Assembly: GCA_963817895.1 (NCBI GenBank)
Contig: CAWFQB010000001.1
Coordinates: 1 to 64,000 of the forward strand
Direction: 5' to 3'
Origin: an uncultured Chthonomonadaceae bacterium
Lineage (GTDB): Bacteria; Armatimonadota; Chthonomonadetes; Chthonomonadales; Chthonomonadaceae
DNA: 64,000 nt
This document shows, piece after piece, positions 61,141-64,000 of this stretch; position 1 is the stretch's first letter; the number at the start of each line of letters is the position of its first letter. The notes below the pieces were generated by a model. The model had not been told where the DNA came from, did not search any database, and saw only the letters and a program-made list of their open reading frames with translations. Both the position numbers and the translations under genes were made by a program.

Positions 61141-61637
61141 GCCGTTGGCAGTTGATAGTTCGTAGTTGATAGAGATACAGGAACTATGAATGGCTTCGTA
61201 TCCATTCTTCTGGCGTAAGCAGGGAAAGAGCTTTCGGCTCTTTCCCGATTACACGCCTTTCTGTTTGTGGACCTTTGTTGACCTTCCCGATTTCTGCTGT
61301 GGCGCGTGTGGCGCGCGCCTCCTCACGGTTCTTCCTCTTCTCCCTGCAACCCTGCTGTTACCGGGCGGAGGACAACCGGCCTGCTTTTAAGGTTCCCGCT
61401 TGCAATGCAATTCCGGTTGCGGCAAAATTAGGGGCATCGGCGCGATTCAAGCGAACGATATGCCATTTTGGGCGCGTCTCTGAATTATGCGCTTGTTCGC
61501 TACATCCTTCGTTATTACTCACGAACGCCCCGAAGCACTGTTCAGACGACAGGTAGCCGAAGCACAGATTCCAAAGAACTATCCATGCAACAAGAAGCGC
61601 TCCCCGCCTAATCGGGAGAGCGTCAAGGGAGACTGGT

Positions 61638-63515
61638 ATGAGCTTGCAACGTTCCGGGGGGCGCAAGCGCCGCCTGGCGACAACCGCTGTGGCAGGCGCG
61701 TCGCTGTTAATGGTCACGGGCCTGACTGCGCGCGCGCAGCAGGGCGCTTTGCCCGCAGAGGACTCCGGCGCGCAGGAAGCGCAGCTGAAGAATGTAGACC
61801 TGGTGGATACTCGCCTCTGCCTCGGCTTTGCGCCTGGTGGCGCAGCAAACTCACGTCGAGTACGTGTTGCTGCCGGGCAACTATCGCCGCATACAGGTTT
61901 CCATTTCGCGCAAACCCGTATCCGAAGCGTTGAAAATCATCGCGCAGTCGGCAGGCGCGGAACTCTGGCAGGATGCCGGCGTGTTCTTCATCGGCCCGGT
62001 TGGCAGCGCGCCGCATCCGGCCGCGCCCCCGGTTCTTGCCGCCACGCAGGACATACAGGCTCCACCCTCACAGCGCGTCCTCAAGTATGAGAAGTTCTTC
62101 CTCAAATACACGCCGCCCAAGCGTATGCTGCGCATGCTGGGACTGGCCGGCCTCGGACCTGAATGATCCCGATGAGCAATTCGAGATCGCCAACAACCGC
62201 CAGTTTATTGAAGGCATGTATCCGCGCCCCTATTTCAGCGGAAACGGCAGCGGCGGCGGCCTCACCGTGCTGCCGTATGGCGCAGGTCCGGTAAGCGCGC
62301 CCCTTCCCAATGCCGGTCCGCAGGTCGGTCCAGGCGCGCCCAATCGCGCGGCGGAGATTCCGCACCAGCCGGTGCAGCCCAACAGTGTCGGCGCTCCCGC
62401 CGCTCCTTCCGTGGACAACGGCGCGAACGGCGACCAGAGCGCGCGCCGCGATACCCGGAACTTCAGCGAATTCGGCAGAGGACAGGGCGCAGCCGGCGGT
62501 CTTCAGCCACCCGGTGGCGCAGGCCAGAACGGCGCGCCCGCAGGTCAGGGCGCGGCGCAGGGGTTTCTTCAGGGTATCTCTGCACAGGACATTTTTGCTC
62601 TGGACGCGGACAACTCCCTCGTTTTGCGCTACGACGATCCGATCCAGATTCAGAACTTGCAGCAGGTGCTTCAAGTGCTGGATGTGAAGCCGCGCCAGAT
62701 TCAGATCAAAGCGGAATTCGTCACGGTCACGCAGAACGATGTCAATTCCTTCGGCCTGAACTTCAACTTTACCAAAGTGAACCTGCTGGCGGGCGCGAAC
62801 ATCGGCTACCAGACGGCCAATACCGCCTTTCTCCAGTACGCGACGGGAAACCTGCAAACGCAGCTCAGTTTCATTATCACGCAGGGACGCGGTAAGGTGG
62901 TTGCATCGCCTCTCGCGACGACGCTTGAACGGCGTGGCTGCGAACTTCACGAGTACACAGCTAATCCCGGTTATTACCTCGAGCGCTATGCTGACGAACA
63001 ACGGCCAAAGCGCCGTTACGACAACTATCACCCCGGTTCCCGTCTCAGTGCAGTTGAACGTAATTCCGCGCATCAATGGAGACGACTCCATCACTCTGAC
63101 CGGCCTGGTCATTTTCAGCGACGTCACCGGAACGATCACCAACCCGTCCGGTGGTTCGATCCCGATTACTATTACGCAGCCAGTAACGATCACGCGCATC
63201 GTTCGCAACGGCGACTCGATGGTTATCGCCGGCCTGACCCGCAAGCGCGACAACGTTTCCACCAACAAGGTTCCCCTCCTGGGCGACCTGCCCCTGATCG
63301 GAACGCTGTTCCGCTCCCGCAACGTCACCACAGACGACTCGGAACTGGTTGTCTTCATCACGCCCACCATCATCCCAGAGCGTCCGAGCGGCGGCCCCTC
63401 CGGTTCGGGCGTCGGCAGCGGCCTGAACGCTCCCGGCGCGTGGCGGCGGTGGCGGCGGCCTGCCGACAGTGGGCGGCGCGTTGATGCCGTAAGGGTTAGG
63501 GTTTCAGGGTTTTAA
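61638..63515 (+). CDS. Secretin (PilQ/GspD type); several frame switches, 3' end uncertain
   Basis: N-domain PVSEALKII; LDVKPRQIQIKAEFV; LNVIPRING, VRNGDSMVIAGL, KVPLLGDLPLIGTLFR, ELVVFITPTII. Confidence 0.88.
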
Positions 63516-63712
63516 GGTTCTATGGTTTCAGGGTGTCAGGCTGTTTGATGATGTGATGAAGCCATAAATCTTTGCAACCGCGCTCAACAGCCGCAGGAGG
63601 GAAATCCTTCTGCGGCTGTTGCTGTTCAATCGGTCAAGTGTTCAGGTATCATATTTATCTGTAACACCCAAAACCATAAAAACCTAAAACCTTAGAACCC
63701 TAACAACCTGAA
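63493..63712. repeat. Imperfect inverted repeat of about 8-nt (GGTTTTAG-like) units enclosing a hairpin
   Basis: 63493-63540 vs 63663-63712. Confidence 0.65.
63585..63621 (+). terminator. Hairpin after the pil operon
   Basis: CAACAGCCGCAGGAGG-gaaat-CCTTCTGCGGCTGTTG. Confidence 0.65.
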
Positions 63713-63723
63713 AGGATAATTCT

Positions 63724-64000
63724 TTGTTCCGCTTTTTAACGGCCGGGGAGTCGCACGGGCCGGCGCTGTCGGCGATTATTGAGGGACTGCCCGCAAATTT
63801 GCCTTTGGACTTTGACGAGATCAACCGGCATCTCAAACGGCGGCAGGGCGGCTACGGGCGCGGAGCGCGGCAGCAGATCGAAACCGATACGGTTGAGATC
63901 ACGTCGGGCGTCCGGTTTGGGCGAACGATGGGCGGGCCGATTACGCTGAACGTGCGTAATCGCGACCACGAGCAGAACTGGCAGGATCGCATGTCGGTCA
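63724..64000 (+). CDS. aroC: Chorismate synthase, N-terminal part (runs off the window)
   Basis: TTG start; [35 protein letters not shown], read manually (not in the ORF track). Confidence 0.95.
   Translation, partial: MFRFLTAGESHGPALSAIIEGLPANLPLDFDEINRHLKRRQGGYGRGARQQIETDTVEITSGVRFGRTMGGPITLNVRNRDHEQNWQDRMSV

Overview
A 64-kb GC-rich bacterial chromosomal segment. By inference it comes from an Armatimonadota-like diderm, given the PEP-CTERM proteins, DUF1549/1553-DUF1501 pair and Gly-rich Pil proteins. Many genes, including the normally essential dnaE, are broken by frame switches, which suggests long-read indel errors rather than pseudogenes. Housekeeping content: 5' part of dnaE, tRNA-Ser(GCT), iscA/erpA-like, tdh, moeA, a pilMNOP/secretin cluster and the start of aroC. 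Mobile and defence-type content: an intact IS701-family element inserted in the signal-peptide codons of a YncE/alkaline-phosphatase gene, an xisH remnant plus xisI, a VapBC pair and a DUF4062 + Schlafen/AlbA_2 pair. Other genes include an acid-sugar cluster and two PEP-CTERM genes, one with a sigma54 promoter. The most striking signal is a GxxExxY (PD-(D/E)XK-fold) gene enclosed by perfect 36-bp inverted repeats built from a 9-nt unit. An empty copy of the same inverted-repeat element lies about 1.5 kb upstream, and a single arm is translated in frame inside a glycoside hydrolase. Several other 7-10-nt tandem-unit inverted-repeat families occur at gene junctions and inside proteins. Together these look like a nuclease-associated, REP/MITE-like dispersed repeat system.
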